Notes: generated from the letters alone by a model not told the origin. A stretch of 64,000 bases of DNA from Paraspadella gotoi (GCA_051294375.1 CM119266.1:20562780-20626779), one strand, 5' to 3'. Positions 27,868 to 41,042 are shown, numbered from the stretch's first letter. A program made the numbers and translations.

Positions 27868-28320
27868 AAGATAGAAAGGAAAAGGAAAAGAAAGAAGGGG
27901 AAAAGAAAAGAAAGAAAGGAGAAGGAAAATAAAGAAGGGAAAAGAAAAAGAAAGAAAGGAAAAAGAAAAGAAAGAAGAGAAAAGATAAAGAATGAAGGGA
28001 AAAGGAAAAGAATGAAGGGAAAAGGAAAAGAAAGAAAGGAAAAGGAAAAGAAAGAAGGGAAAAAGAAAAGAAAAAAAGAAAAAGGAAAAGAAAGAAGAGA
28101 AAAGGAAAAGAACGAAGGGAAAAGGAAAAGAAAGAAGGGAAAAGGAAAAGAAAGAAGGGGAAAAAAAGAAAAAAGGAAAAGGAAAATAAAGAAGGGGAAA
28201 GAAAAAGAAAGAAGGGAAAAGGAAAAGAAAGAAGGGAAAAGGAAGAGAAAGAAGAGAAAAGGAAAAGAATAAAGGGAAAAAGAATAGAAAGAAGGGAAAA
28301 GGAAAAGAAAGAAATAAAAA
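27868..28320. repeat. ~450-bp almost pure polypurine tract with a ~21-bp period (AAAAGGAAAAGAAAGAAGGG-like)
   Basis: Read directly; only a handful of pyrimidines in the tract. Confidence 0.92.
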
Positions 28321-30257
28321 GTCAAGAATTGTGTTTTATTTTATTTCATTACATTATATTTCCCGTCGCATATAAAATAGTTCATATTTATCTTTCTCAT
28401 GTTCTATCGTATAATATTCAATTATTCATCAAAAATTCACATAAAAAATAAACATAAAATCAAATCGTATTCCTCGTAATCAAACAAAAAAAAATTTATC
28501 GATGTCCGTTTTATTGAATTTTCTACCCCTAATTCTGGATTTCATACTGCCATACGATACATTAAAAATTGTACAGCCAATAATCCATGAGAAATAGACA
28601 TAGAAAGCGGGGAAATTCAAAGAAACGAGGACAAGGAAGAGTGAAAGGCGAAAGACGTTGAAAAGGGAAAAAAAAGGGAAAAGGAAAGGAAATAAAGGTG
28701 CGGTGGTGATTAATGAAATTCATCGGAAAAACTAAAAAGATGAAAAAGGAAATGAGGAGAAAAAAATCCGAAAATAATAAATAACCTTTTTTTTTCATCA
28801 CTATTTTTCCACGTTTATTTTTTCTCCTCGACCGATTCTGTTCCCGGTTGTTTTTTTTTACGCCTGTTTTCATTCAGCAGACGATCTTTGTTCTGAGTCG
28901 ACAGTTCGATTGAATTTCAACGAATCGCGACCAAATTGCGAGGGTGAGCGTTGAACTCGCCTTTGAATCATACGTGCTAAGTTGTTTTTTTTTTCAAACA
29001 ACAGGCTCACATCGCCCCGTTTTAATGTGAAGAGTTGGCGGGTTTTATTCACGATACATTGTCTCATTTTTGTGGGTTTTTAAATTTCCTTTTAGTCGAA
29101 TTGTTTAAAGGGAAGTAAGCTCCACCGCTAAAAGGGTAAGGGGAAAGGATTAGCCTCGAAAAATCCTTGAAAACACGATCGTGGGACCGACTGACAAAAT
29201 GCGCCCTTTTTAAAAAGAAACAAATATTTAAAGAAAAGAAAATAATACGCAGACTTGAAAGATTTTTAATTCCTGCCTGCAGGTTCTTTTAATACGTTTT
29301 GCCTTTTTTTCTCTCGAAGGATATTTTTATTTGCAATTGGAAAAGGGCGACTTGGCAAGAGGTCGTAGGAAAAAGAAACTCGAGACAAAAGAAAACAAAC
29401 GCTAAGAATATAAAACAAAATTTATTTTTTTCAATCGCGTATGTTTAAGAACAATTTCAAGAATACGATCTGTTTGCCGTTCCACTTTGGATCGAGAGGA
29501 AAACGACGAAGTTTTCTTACTTTTTTTCCTGTTTGTTCGGATTTTTTTTTATTCGTTGAGCGAAAAGACTGAATCGCGTCGGAGTTTCATCTCCAGGTGT
29601 CGCTTTACACTCTTTTAACAAAAGACACGTTAAAAAATGTAATTGGGTGTGGCATGTTTGTGTATTTTGGACTGTTTTGAAGTTTTGACAAAAGACCATT
29701 TTTAAAAGATATACTAAACTTAGCTCAGCGTACTTTTTTCTATTTTACGCTCCAAGATTGCAATGAAAATTTAGTAAAAACACAATTATTATCATGATGG
29801 GAACAATGTAAAAAAGACAGAAATAGGGAAAGTTTGAGCAAGAGAGAGAAATAAAAAGAGAGAGATGAGAGAGAGAGAGTAGAAGAGAGGAGAGAGAGAG
29901 AGAAGAGAGAAGAGAAGAGAGAGAGAGAGAGAAGAGAGGAAAGGACAGAAAGAAAGAGAGACAGATAATAAAGGATGATTGTGACTCAGCCGCAAATCAG
30001 ACATGCAAATAAGATTTTGATTCCCCCCGTTGGTAAGAAACCACCGTCTTTGGATTCACACTAACTTGATACAAAAGAAAAAATCTTATTTGTTTTGGAT
30101 TTGTATCTCATCAGCCTTTGGGTCGAGTTGTTGTTGTTCATTTCTTTCTGTGTCCCGCGATTCCTATTCGCATCTGGTGCTTTCTCTTCATCGTTTGACG
30201 TTGAAGTGATAATCTATGATTTTTACTTTTATTAATGCGCTATTGTGTGTGGCTCTC

Positions 30258-30304
<47 letters not shown>

Positions 30305-31683
30305 TCTTCTCTCCTCTCTCTCTCTCTCTCTCTTCTCTCTCTCCTCTCTCTCTCTCTCTCTCTTCTCTCTGTCTTTCTCTATCTATCTCCCTCATCTCTA
30401 AAACCGCGAACAAGATTGAGGCATCAGGGGAGATGATCAATGTTTGTCGCGATTCCGAGAGACGTGAGAGACTTCAAAGTGATTACAGCCCGCTGCAGAA
30501 AGCCGATATTATTAATTTATTATTATTTTATTATTCTATTATTAATATAGCTTAAAGGTTTAGAACGAATTCAAATTCTCGCGTAAACGTAACGAGTTAT
30601 CAAAATTTGTCTTTGATCGTAATATTAGTGTTTGTTTGTTCTTTGTTTAAAATTCTTAAACATTCTTTTTATGGTCTGTCCTTCCATGGGATGTTGGAAA
30701 GTTGAGTTCGACGCCGCCGCCGCACAGACAATCGGAAAAATTCCTACCACCTCCGTTACCCTTCTTATCGAGTGTACTCGCCGCCGCCGCCGCCGATTCC
30801 GCCGATTCCGCCACGCCGCCGCCGCCGCCATCATAATATGTCTAAAGTAATACCTTTTTTTTCGTGTCCGCCATCGAAGGTACGAGTTTCGTCTCGAAGA
30901 ATCGAGATTTCAGAAACCGACGTCGTTCGCATATATATCACCGATAAGATTACAACGAGTGATAGGATCGTCGTCGTCGTATCGTCGTCGTCGACACCGT
31001 CGTCGTCGTCACCGTCGTCGTCATCGTCGTCGCAGACGTTCTCTCGATCGCTGAAATCGTTCAACAACCAAATCTAATTCTTTCCGTTTGAAAATTTTCT
31101 ACTTTCCGTTCGAAGCGACACCTGGGTTTTGGATTAACTGGGTGTCGTCTAGCGGAACCGCGCTAATTGCCATTTTAGAATTCTCTACTTTCTTTGTTAA
31201 AAATTTCGAGCTTCTCGAGTAGAAGGGTTTAGTAGTATTATTTCCAGCGATGGCTTTTAGTTTTAGTTAAATTTATATTTATTTTTTTCGTGTACTAAAT
31301 AATAAATGTGGAATACATTATAGAAGCAAAAGTTACGACGGCGACTGAAAAATAAGTTGTTTTCTACTTTAGAATGCAGAGAGGGCCATCGGGACCATAA
31401 AATATTTGAACCAATACAGTAAATACGAAGACAAATGTCTAATTAAGTAAACCCATGATTTAGCACACAGCCATGGCCGCATTTCCATACATGTCTTCAG
31501 CGAAGCACTTTCCTCGGACCAAAAACGATCTTAACTCTGAGATCAGAAGGAATGCGACATCAGAAAGATGCCGCTGCTGCAGCCGCTGCCGTCGCCGCCG
31601 CCGCCGCCGCAGCCGCCGCCGCCGCCGCCGCCCAAGGACGAAGCCAAGAACGAAGAAAGAGAGAAAGGGGAACCATAACTCAC

Positions 31684-31871
31684 CGGGGGTATGACGGGCC
31701 ATATGGGGGCGACCGCGGGACGGGTGGGCCAAGAGGCTGTATTCCAGTGGTTAAAAGAAGATATGGGGAATCATAACTCAGCGATGGTCCTACTAAGTGA
31801 GAAAGGGCTGAATGTATGAGCAGAATGTGAAAGCCAAGACCACCACAGTTGTGATGGAATGACAAGGAATT
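31684..31871 (-). CDS. Candidate internal exon (62 codons + 2 nt, Pro-rich C-terminal part), product unknown
   Basis: Acceptor TCTCTTCGCAG| and donor CCG|GTGAGT. Only one frame is open: NSLSFHHNCGGLGFHILLIHSALSHLVGPSLSYDSPYLLLTTGIQPLGPPVPRSPPYGPSYP. High-complexity island; no recognised homology. Confidence 0.3.
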
Positions 31872-34377
31872 CTGCGAAGAGACGAATGAGAGAATTAATT
31901 ACCAGTTGTGAATCTGGTCAAAGGTTGCAAGGAAACTCGGTGACTCTATGAAGACGCGAAGGCAAGGCGACGACGCTCATTAAAACAATGAAAAGACAAT
32001 TTAAAGCAACGGGCATATAAACAGTGAATTTACTGAGGCTCGGGTCCCGTTGGTGACGTTGTGAAAACAGGAGGGAAGCCAAGAAAGTCGGTGACGACAT
32101 CGAATGTTTGAGAAACGGCTTAATGAGGACCGGACCGACAGACCGACCGACCGCCTCGTTTGCCGCAACGAAATTAATGGAAAAAGATGAAACAAATGCT
32201 GGATGGGAAATGAGGAAGAGAGAAGATTCGACCGGGAGGAGAGAGAGTGAGGATGTACTGAGGAGGAGGAGGAGGAGGAGGAGGAGGAGGAAGAGGAAGA
32301 GGAGAAATAGATGGGATGGAAGAAGGATGAAGAGAAGATGAAAAGAGACAGGAGAGTGATGAACGAGGGAAGGAGGATATGAAGAATGAAAGAAAATGGA
32401 CTCAAGATGTAAAGATGAAAGAGAAGTTGAAGTGATTGACCGACCGAACGAAGATTTTAAGTATCATCAAAAATTAAAAAAAAAACCGAGGAAAGGAAAC
32501 AATTCTAAATCTAAATATAACGATGGGTATGTAAGAAGACGTTTGGCTATGGCGTCAAGTGGTCCGAATCTACCATTCTTATTTTTTATGTTCCCTCGGC
32601 AGCAATGGGCTTGGAACCAAACTTGGGGTTTTTCCACGCTCCTAAAGCGGTTAACGGCCGTCCTCGCGCTTCCATCAGGGTAGATACGTTTGGAGATCGA
32701 TCCCGGAACCTCATGTTCCTGAGCTGATGGTATGACTCAATGAGCCAACGGTTCACGACTGAAGGTATCACGTTTATAGCCTGGGTGAACTCGTTGCAGT
32801 GCCAGACGGAGGTAGGAAAACAGAAAGGAGGAAAGCGCTAAAGAAAGTAGGAAAGGACAGCGGTGGACGGTGATGGACAAAAGAAACAGAAAAAAAAGAA
32901 GAAAAAGAAGAGAAAAGATCGAAGCGGAAGAAGATTGGTCGCCAAGGAAAGAGAATTTATGCTCGTGACAAAACAAGGAACGTTCCCAATGGTTCACGCC
33001 GAGTTGCCCACGTCGTTCCCGACGTTGTTCTTCTCAATGTTATTGTTGGCTTGTTTTTTTGTTTGTTTTTTTTGTTCTTCGTTCGCTTCTCTGGTTATAC
33101 GCGTTTTTTTTTAAACTAACGAAAGTTCAAGGTTTTCCTCCCATGCTCACTTTAATTCTCTCACGCGTTGATAATCATAGCGACTCCCGTCATTTTCGAA
33201 ACTTGGAATGAAGTTCCTTTTGCTTAGAAACTTGTTCGAAAGAAATGGGTTTTTTTTATGTATTTTTATGTATATCATCGCCGAAATGAAAGAAATGAAA
33301 GGAGAGAAGGAAAGAACGAAAGAAGGGAGAACGTGAGCGGAAAAGATAATAAAGGGGTGAAGAAAATATATAATAAATTGGGGAGAAAGAAAGAAAGAAA
33401 GATTAGGGGTTGAAAGAGAAAAAAGCAAAAAAGCAAAAAAGCAAAAAAGAAAGTTGCCGATCGTAGAGGCGAGGGGCGGGCGCGACAGGGGCGAGGAGCG
33501 GGCACCGAGGGAAGCAGGGCTGCGTCGGGCAAGGAGGAAAACAAACCCGGATTCAAGGTCTTCGGGCATAAAAACAGCTTTTTATGGGCAATACACAACA
33601 ATAATAACCGAGTTATGCTTCTGGACGCGAACGATTCTCGGAACTACTTTCGAGTTGGAAAAATCCAGAGGAGAAAAAAAAAGGTAGTTTTATTCGTTTC
33701 TTGAGAGACGAAAACCGAAAGGTCGGTCCGTCTGTCGGGCCTGTTAAAGCTGATATTAGTGCAAAAGAAAAACTATTTTCCCCGGTTATAAAATCTATAT
33801 AAAAAGTTATAATTAGGTAAGATTAAAAGATGATATCCTTGAACGGCGAGGTTACTGAGAGCGTGACTTACGTAATACGTAATACGTATATATAATATAT
33901 CTAGAAAACAACCTCTTTTTTTACTTAACCGCTCGGTTTTCCTCTTACGTATTATATTATTATTATATTTATCACCGTCTTATTTTTTAGTGAGACGAAT
34001 ATTCACACTGCTAAGTCATCGCAAATCTTCGTGCGCTCTCGCTCGAGGAAAAAAAAAAGCAAAGAGACCATTCAACTATCTGGCTTATTAGCTCGTGTTT
34101 TGAAAAGAATTTATTTGTTTAGCCATTTAGCCCCAAAAGTCGCCTGGGAAACTGAAAGAAATTCGGCGGCTGAAAAAGTTTTCGAAGAAAATGGCGCAAT
34201 TAACTCTTATTAGGTCTTTTATTTGAGAGAGATTGGAAACGCGCGGGAAACGACGATCCTCCCAATTTGAAAAAGGATTTGGATGTGCAATTTTCAGTTT
34301 CCAAACATCTTGATAAGATCTCTAATTTTTAGTCCATTTAAATAATTAAACCGTCGATTCATCATTGTTTATGATTT

Positions 34378-34658
34378 GGACTCTCTTTTTCAAAAGGAAA
34401 TTTCTGTTCCTGAATCCATGATTTGAATATTATTCTTAATATTTAACCATAATCTGTTAACCAACTTATAGCCAAATCTCTAACTTAATCCTTAGCCCTA
34501 ACCTAATCTTTAACCCTTAATCCCTAACGCTAATCACTAACCTTAATCCTTAATGATTAGTAAACATTAACCCTAACCCCTAACCTAATCTTTAAACCTT
34601 AAAACTAATTTAATTCCTAATTTAAGATGAAATGGGGGGTTCTGGGAAAATAAAGCCC
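34378..34658 (+). mobile_element. TTAGGG-containing MITE-like element, copy C
   Basis: Left end GGACTCTCTTTTTCAAAAGG; right end AAGATGAAATGGGGGGTTCTGGGAAAATAAAGCCC; internal CCCTAA/CCTTAA/CCTAAT repeats. Confidence 0.75.
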
Positions 34659-35176
34659 ATGTTTTTTTTTCCAAAAAGGATTTCTTTACCACGTATCTTG
34701 TCTTGGGTTGGGTTTTACACAACATCTCATTAAATGTGGCGTCTGACATACTGACAACATAAAAAGCGTTTGTTGCGAACGTGACTAGATTAATATTTTT
34801 TTGTGTGTGTATCCTATCTCACGATTTTGTTCCCTAGCTAAGACAAAATTGCCACGAACTCAAATAATTACCAACTAAAATGTTCTCCGTTGAGAGAATT
34901 TCTCTGTTTAACGTTTACAACATCATTAACTTATTTCGGCGACGAGACAAAATTTTTTTTCTTCCCCGGCGGATTTCTGGTTTTCTTGAAATCTTTGTCG
35001 AAGTCGCTTCCCTCTAATCTCATTTTAAAAGCGAACCCATTTTCAAAATCTCCTTCGACTGACAACAAAATCTGAAAGTGCTCTTCCTTCGTCCCTTTCC
35101 CCTCACACGATGTTATACTCGAAAAGCAGTTCTCCTCAAATTTATATATATATCTCTCTCTCTCGTCTCTCCTCTT

Positions 35177-35220
<44 letters not shown>

Positions 35221-36333
35221 ATCTCTCTATCTCTCTCTCATCAATCTTAGGGACTCGCTTTCGGTTTCCTAAGTGGAAGAATAGAGAGAAAAACCGTCCT
35301 CATGATTGATTGAAGGAAAGATTGAAGAAAGCAACTACAGTCGCCGACATCGTTCTCGAAGCCTTACCTTTCTGAAGGATGAGGAGGAGGAGGAGGAGGA
35401 GGAAGAGTGAAAAAAGAGAAAACCGAAGTGAATAGAAATACCGACAGGTAAGAAAAAAGAGGGCGATGATTCCCTGAAAAATGGCGATTATTTTCCGCGG
35501 AGAACGAGAGGGAAAAGAAGAAAAGAAATAGAGAGAGTGAGAGAGTGAGAGAGTGAGGCGTCCATTTATTGTGCGTGCGGTTTTGGGCTCGCAAAGACGT
35601 CGTACCAAGTAACGTTATTTCAGTACCAAATTTATTATCGTTTGCTTGGTTGTTTAACTTAACATTTATTGCGGAGAGAAAGATGATGATCCTTATTTAC
35701 AGAAAAAAGTTGTTCCGGATTAACTTTTAACTAAAAAAAGCCAAAAAAAGATATTCATGAATCTTATTAAAAATCCGCAGTTCTCTTTCCTCTTAAGAAA
35801 ATTTGTACTATATTCTAAAATACAACTTTATTTACTAGTTGTTTTTTTTTAAGTTAAAAACGGCGTTAATTCATTCGAACGTGCTAATTTTTTTTTTTAT
35901 TTGATATACAATTATGAATAGAATGAAAGAGAAAAAAAAGTAAAAAAGAAAGACGGAGGAGAAATCTTCCTCGTCGTGTACAAAATCGTTGCATCCAAAT
36001 TTAGCCCAAACTCGAGCGACTTTCTTCACCTCTATGTAAATAAAAGCGAAAATGAATCAAAAACAAAAAATGAAAAGGAAAACCCTCGAACTGGGAGGGA
36101 GAGAGGGGGGAGAGAAGGAGGGGGAGGGAGAGGAGGGAAGGAGGGAGAGAGGGAGGATGGTTTGGGAGGAAGGAAGAAGAGGAGAGGGAAGGGAGAGCAG
36201 GGGCAGGAAGTAGGGGGGGACGAGGGAAGGGAGTGAGGAGGGAATGGAGAGAGAGAGAGAGAGACGAGAGAGAGAGAGAAGAGAGAAGAGAGAAGAGAGA
36301 GAGAAGGAGAGAGCAATAGAGAGAAAGAGATGA

Positions 36334-36364
<31 letters not shown>

Positions 36365-36440
36365 TAGAGGAGAGAGGAGAGGAGAGAAGAGAGAAGAGAG
36401 AGAGAGAGAGAGGAGAGAGGAGAGAGAGAGAGAGAGGAAG

Positions 36441-36476
<36 letters not shown>

Positions 36477-36653
36477 GAGAGAGAGAGAGAGAGAGAGAGG
36501 AGAGAAAATGAGAGAGAAAAGAGATGAGAGAGAGAGAAGAGAGAGAGAGAAGAGAGAGAGAAGAGAGAGAGAGAGAGAGCGACACAACACACAGAGAAGA
36601 ATAACAAAAAAAGCCATCGGCTCGTGTTGGAAGATAGAAGAGAAGGCAATTCA

Positions 36654-38409
36654 AAAGACGGCAACACAAAAATAGAAAAAAGCCGCCGAACGAAAACGAC
36701 GACATTTCGACTGCGAAGAGAAATAAAAAAAATGGCGTCGGGAACAACCAAAAAAAAAAGAAAAGAAAAAAAAAGGAAAGGTGAGAATAATAACGGGGAA
36801 CCTTTTCTCTTTCCTTTCTTTATATTTTTTTTTCTCCGTCTTACTTTTCGTGTCGAGCTGAGTATGCGGGAGGGAGAGATTACGGAGGAAATGACAGAGG
36901 AACTCGACGTGTGACACGATATGAGAAGAGAGAGAAGAGAGAGGAGAGGAGAGAGAGAGAGAGAGAGAAGGAGAGAGAGAAGAGATGAAGAGAGAGTAGA
37001 GAGAGAGATGAAGAGAGAGAGATGGGATGTATACCTCCAGGTACTGACGCGGTTCGTAAAGAAAGTTCTCGGTGAGCGACATCATGAGATCACTGGGGAT
37101 TCGTACGGGAGACGCGCGACTTGACTGAAAAGTGAGAACTGACGTCCATCCTAGCGTAGTTGCCCGTGAAAAACGTCACCGTTTTGGAATTTCGCTTTTG
37201 TCACACGTTGGATGCATTACCATAGGTTACAGAAGAGTGTGAGAAAATTACGAAGATAAAAAAAGAAAGGATGCTCGTGGTTGACATAAGAGTCAGACGT
37301 GGACCATGAAAAGATGACAACTTTTTACGGGGGGCGATGACGACGCAACATCTCTCTCCTCTCTCTCTCTCTCATCCTCATCTCTCTCTCTCTCTCTCTC
37401 TCTCTCTGCTCTCTTCTCCTCTCTTTCTCTCTCTCTCTCTCTTCTCTCTTCTCTCTCTCATTCTCTCTTCTCTCCGCTGTTACAATCGTGTATGTTTCTT
37501 TTTTAAACTGAATTATGACGTACTAAAACAAAACAGCATATGAAATATTCTTTTACTTTTGGTTTTTATAATGCGTATTTCTTTCAAAGAATAAGACGGA
37601 TAAAAAAGACAAAACATTGAGAAATAGTCATTGTTACAACCGAACTATCCTAAAATGCAATATAGTACGCAACGATTTTAACCTGCAATGGCCCAAAGCN
37701 NNNNNNNNNNNNNNNNNNNNNNNNAAAGACGGCAACAAAAAAAAACGAAAAAAGCCGCCGAACGAAACGACGACATTTCGACTCGAAGAGAAGAAAAAAA
37801 AATGGCGTCGGGCAACAACCGAAAAAAAAAGAAAAGAAAAAAAAAGGGAAAGGTGANNNNNNNNNNNNNNNNNNNNNNNNNNNNNNNNNNNNNNNNNNNN
37901 NNNNNNNNNNNNNNNNNNNNNNNNNNNNNNNNNNNNNNNNNNNNNNNNNNNNNNNNNNNNNNNNNNNNNNNNNNNNNNNNNNNNNNNNNNNNNNNNNNNN
38001 NNNNNNNNNNNNNNNNNNNNNNNNNNNNNNNNNNNNNNNNNNNNNNNNNNNNNNNNNNNNNNNNNNNNNNNNNNNNNNNNNNNNNNNNNNNNNNNNNNNN
38101 GAGAGAGAGAGAGAGAGTGATACCTCCAGGTACTGACGCGTTCGTAAAGAAAGTTCCTCGGTAGCGACAATCATGAGACACTGGGGATTCGTCGGGAGAC
38201 GCGCGACTGACTGAAAAGTGACGAACTGACGTCATCCTACGTAGTTGCGTGAAACGTCACCGTTTTGGAATTCGGCTTTTTGTCACGTTGGATCCATTAC
38301 CATAGGTTACAAAAGTGTGAGAAAATACGAAGATAAAAAGAAAGGATGCTCTGGTGAAAAAGTCACGTGACCCGAAAGATGACAACTTTTTACGGCGATG
38401 ACGACGCAA

Positions 38410-38443
<34 letters not shown>

Positions 38444-38869
38444 NNNNNNNNNNNNNNNNNNNNNNNNNNNNNNNNNNNNNNNNNNNNNNNNNNNNNNNNN
38501 NNNNNNNNNNNNNNNNNNNNNNNNNNNNNNNNNNNNNNNNNNNNNNNNNNNNNNNNNNNNNNNNNNNNNNNNNNNNNNNNNNNNNNNNNNNNNNNNNNNN
38601 NNNNNNNNNNNNNNNNNNNNNNNNNNNNNNNNNCTCTCTCTCTCTCTCATTCTCTCTCTCTCGCTGTTCAATCGTGTTATGTTTCTTTTTACTGAATTAT
38701 GACGTATCTAAACAAACACGAAATATTCTTTTACTTTTGGTTTTTATATGCGTATTTCTTCAAGAATAAGACGGAAAAATAAAAAAAACAAACATTGAGA
38801 TAGTACATTGTTACACCAACTATCCAAAATGCAATATAACGCCAACGATTTTACCGCAATGGCCAAAGC
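36654..38869. other. Tandem duplicate: 36654-37699 and 37725-38869, separated by a 25-N gap
   Basis: Both copies start AAAGACGGCAAC and end GCAATGGCC(C)AAAGC. They are colinear and differ by many 1-bp indels. Confidence 0.92.
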
Positions 38870-39827
38870 GAGGCACAAACGCCGGCCCTTGGTGGAGGAA
38901 GGGTCCGGCCGCGAGGACACCTCCCGTCTAAACAAACAAACTAACAAACAAAGGAAGAATGAAACACTGTCCGCAGCGTCGACCCGTTAAGACTTCCGTT
39001 ATAGGCAGTAAGAGGAGCCCGGGACCGCCGGCGCCGCAACGGACCCGGGCGCTGCCAACCTCGGGACCCCCGGGCGCGAGAAGAGAGTTTTTCTGGCCCG
39101 AATCCAAGTCGATCGTGAAAACGAGGCGGAGACGCCCGCGGAGCCCCTTGTTGTCGTTGATTGGTGTTGTCTCAGTGAGGCGAGGAGAGAGAAAGAGAGA
39201 GAGAGAGAAGAGAAGAGAGAGAGAGAGAGAGAGGAGAAGAGAGAGAAGAGAGAGCAAGCAGAGGAGAAAGCGCGAGAGGAGAGAGCGCGAGAAGAGAGAA
39301 GAGAGAGAGAGAGAGGAAGAGAGAGGAGAGAGAGAAGAGAGAGAGGAGAAAATATTTTGGTATATATATAGATTTTCCGTAGGTTAAGTTAGTGAACTTT
39401 AAAAAAAAAAAAAAACAAATAAAAACAAGAAATTAAAGATATTATCCAAAGACGAAACAATGTTCACGGCGAAAACACATCAAACGAAACTTTTACAGTT
39501 TCTCTCCGTTTCCGAGTTAAGTTAAAAGCCACAGATAAGCTACAGACGTACCTCGATATCCCCGACTAAAAATCTATTTTAGGACGAGACCTGCGAATGT
39601 AGGCCACGTGGTTTTCCTCGGACAATTTCGACAAGAGTTATAGATTCATTGTTCCGAATATAGAAGGAGGCGATGGCTCGAGATGTTCCAAGAAAGACGA
39701 AGAACATAGAGAGAATAAGGGGGAGAGAGACACTTAAAGAGTTTAATGAAACAAAGATAAGTTAAAAGTTAAGAATAGACTAAATATATATATGAGTTAT
39801 GGTCCTCAGGGATTTAATAATATTTTA

Positions 39828-40373
39828 CGGCTCTCTTTTAAAAAAGCGTCCCATTTCTGAACCTAGTTTTTTTAACTTATGTAATTCTAATTAATAACTA
39901 AATAAGTAAATATATTACCTAATCATTAACTTTAACCTGATCCTGATCTTTAACCCAAAACTATGAAGAGACAGTAATAATTGTTATGAGTTAGTGACAG
40001 AACCATTCAATATAAATAATCCCTGAGCTTCGGATCAGGCTGTAACACTATGTTACAGGCGGGTTAAGCGCCCTGTCCCTCTTCACTGCTAGGCGACCAT
40101 CGGGCTAGAACCCCGGACCTTTGGGTTAGGAGGCGAATGACTTACCTCCTGCATCAATGGCCGCTGATGAACGGTTAGTGGATTTTAGTCCACCATACCT
40201 CAAACCTTATTTTTAAACCTGACTCCTAACCCTAGTCCCCAAACCTAATCACTAACCTTAATCCCTAACCTTAATCCTTAACCTTAATCCCTAAACATAA
40301 TCTTTAATCTAATTTTTAAACTTAAAAATGTTTCAATTAAGATGAAATGGGGCGCTTTGAGAAAATAAGGCCG
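39828..40373 (+). mobile_element. TTAGGG-containing MITE-like element, copy D, interrupted by a SINE
   Basis: Imperfect ~30-bp TIRs: CGGCTCTCTTTTAAAAAAGCGTCCCATTTC and GAAATGGGGCGCTTTGAGAAAATAAGGCCG. CCCTAA-like repeats at 39915-39960 and 40200-40325. Confidence 0.8.
39961..40164 (-). mobile_element. tRNA-Arg(CCT)-derived SINE (head 40164-40093, body and tail toward 39961)
   Basis: Minus strand reads GCGGCCATTGATGCAGGAGGTAAGTCATTCGCCTCCTAACCCAAAGGTCCGGGGTTCTAGCCCGATGGTCGC. Acceptor stem GCGGCCA/TGGTCGC, D-stem GATG/CATT, CT-CCT-AA loop, B-box-like GGTTCTAGCC. The anticodon stem is broken and a non-tRNA body follows. The 3' limit is approximate. Confidence 0.72.
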
Positions 40374-40897
40374 GTCTTTCACAGTTAAACCCGTCCTGGC
40401 GATCGATAAACCTACGGACGCAAAGAACTTGGTATAAACTTAGTACTAAGCATTAAAGCCAATGCGACAATGCAGCAATGCGGCAAAGCGGCAATGCGGC
40501 AATGCCGAGCTCGACTTAATTTCTCTCTCGTTCTCTCACGTCCCCTCGACACAAATCTATTTCAATTAACCCAAAACGCGTTTCACGAAATTCATTGTCA
40601 AAAAAAAAAAAAAAATAGAAAAAAAGAAACGTACGAGATGAAATTAAAAATAGATTCGTTTCGCGTTTCCGTCCAAAATCCAGGCGCCTCTGGAAAATAA
40701 AAAAAAAAAAAAGGAAGCGTCGTATTTATGTTGTTTTGCCCCGAGGGAGACGCCACTCGAAAAGGCGGTTAAGACTTGCAAAAGGGGCAAAGAAAAGGTT
40801 TGGCGGGAAAAGAGGTGGCTCTGCCAAAGGCGGGAAAAAGCTCATGTAGCTGAAAGAGAAAGGAGCAATAAAAAGACGATGTCGTTGCGACGGACGA

Positions 40898-41042
40898 GTT
40901 GAGAAAAAAAGGAAAAAAGGAAGCCGTTGAGCGAGAAAAAAAAAGAAAAAAGGAAGCCGTTGAGCGAGAAAAAAAGGAAAAAAGGAAGCCGTTGAGCGAG
41001 AAAAAAAAAGGAAAAAAGGAAGCCGTTGAGCGAGAAAAAAAA
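40898..41042. repeat. ~31-33-bp tandem repeat (GTTGAGCGAGA6-9GGAAAAAAGGAAGCC), about 4.5 copies
   Basis: AAGCCGTTGAGCGAG recurs four times between 40921 and 41034. Confidence 0.93.

Noticed and set aside
40093-40164. Functional tRNA-Arg gene
   Set aside because: The anticodon stem is mismatched, the A-box and T-loop are atypical, no oligo-T terminator follows, and it is embedded in a repeat.
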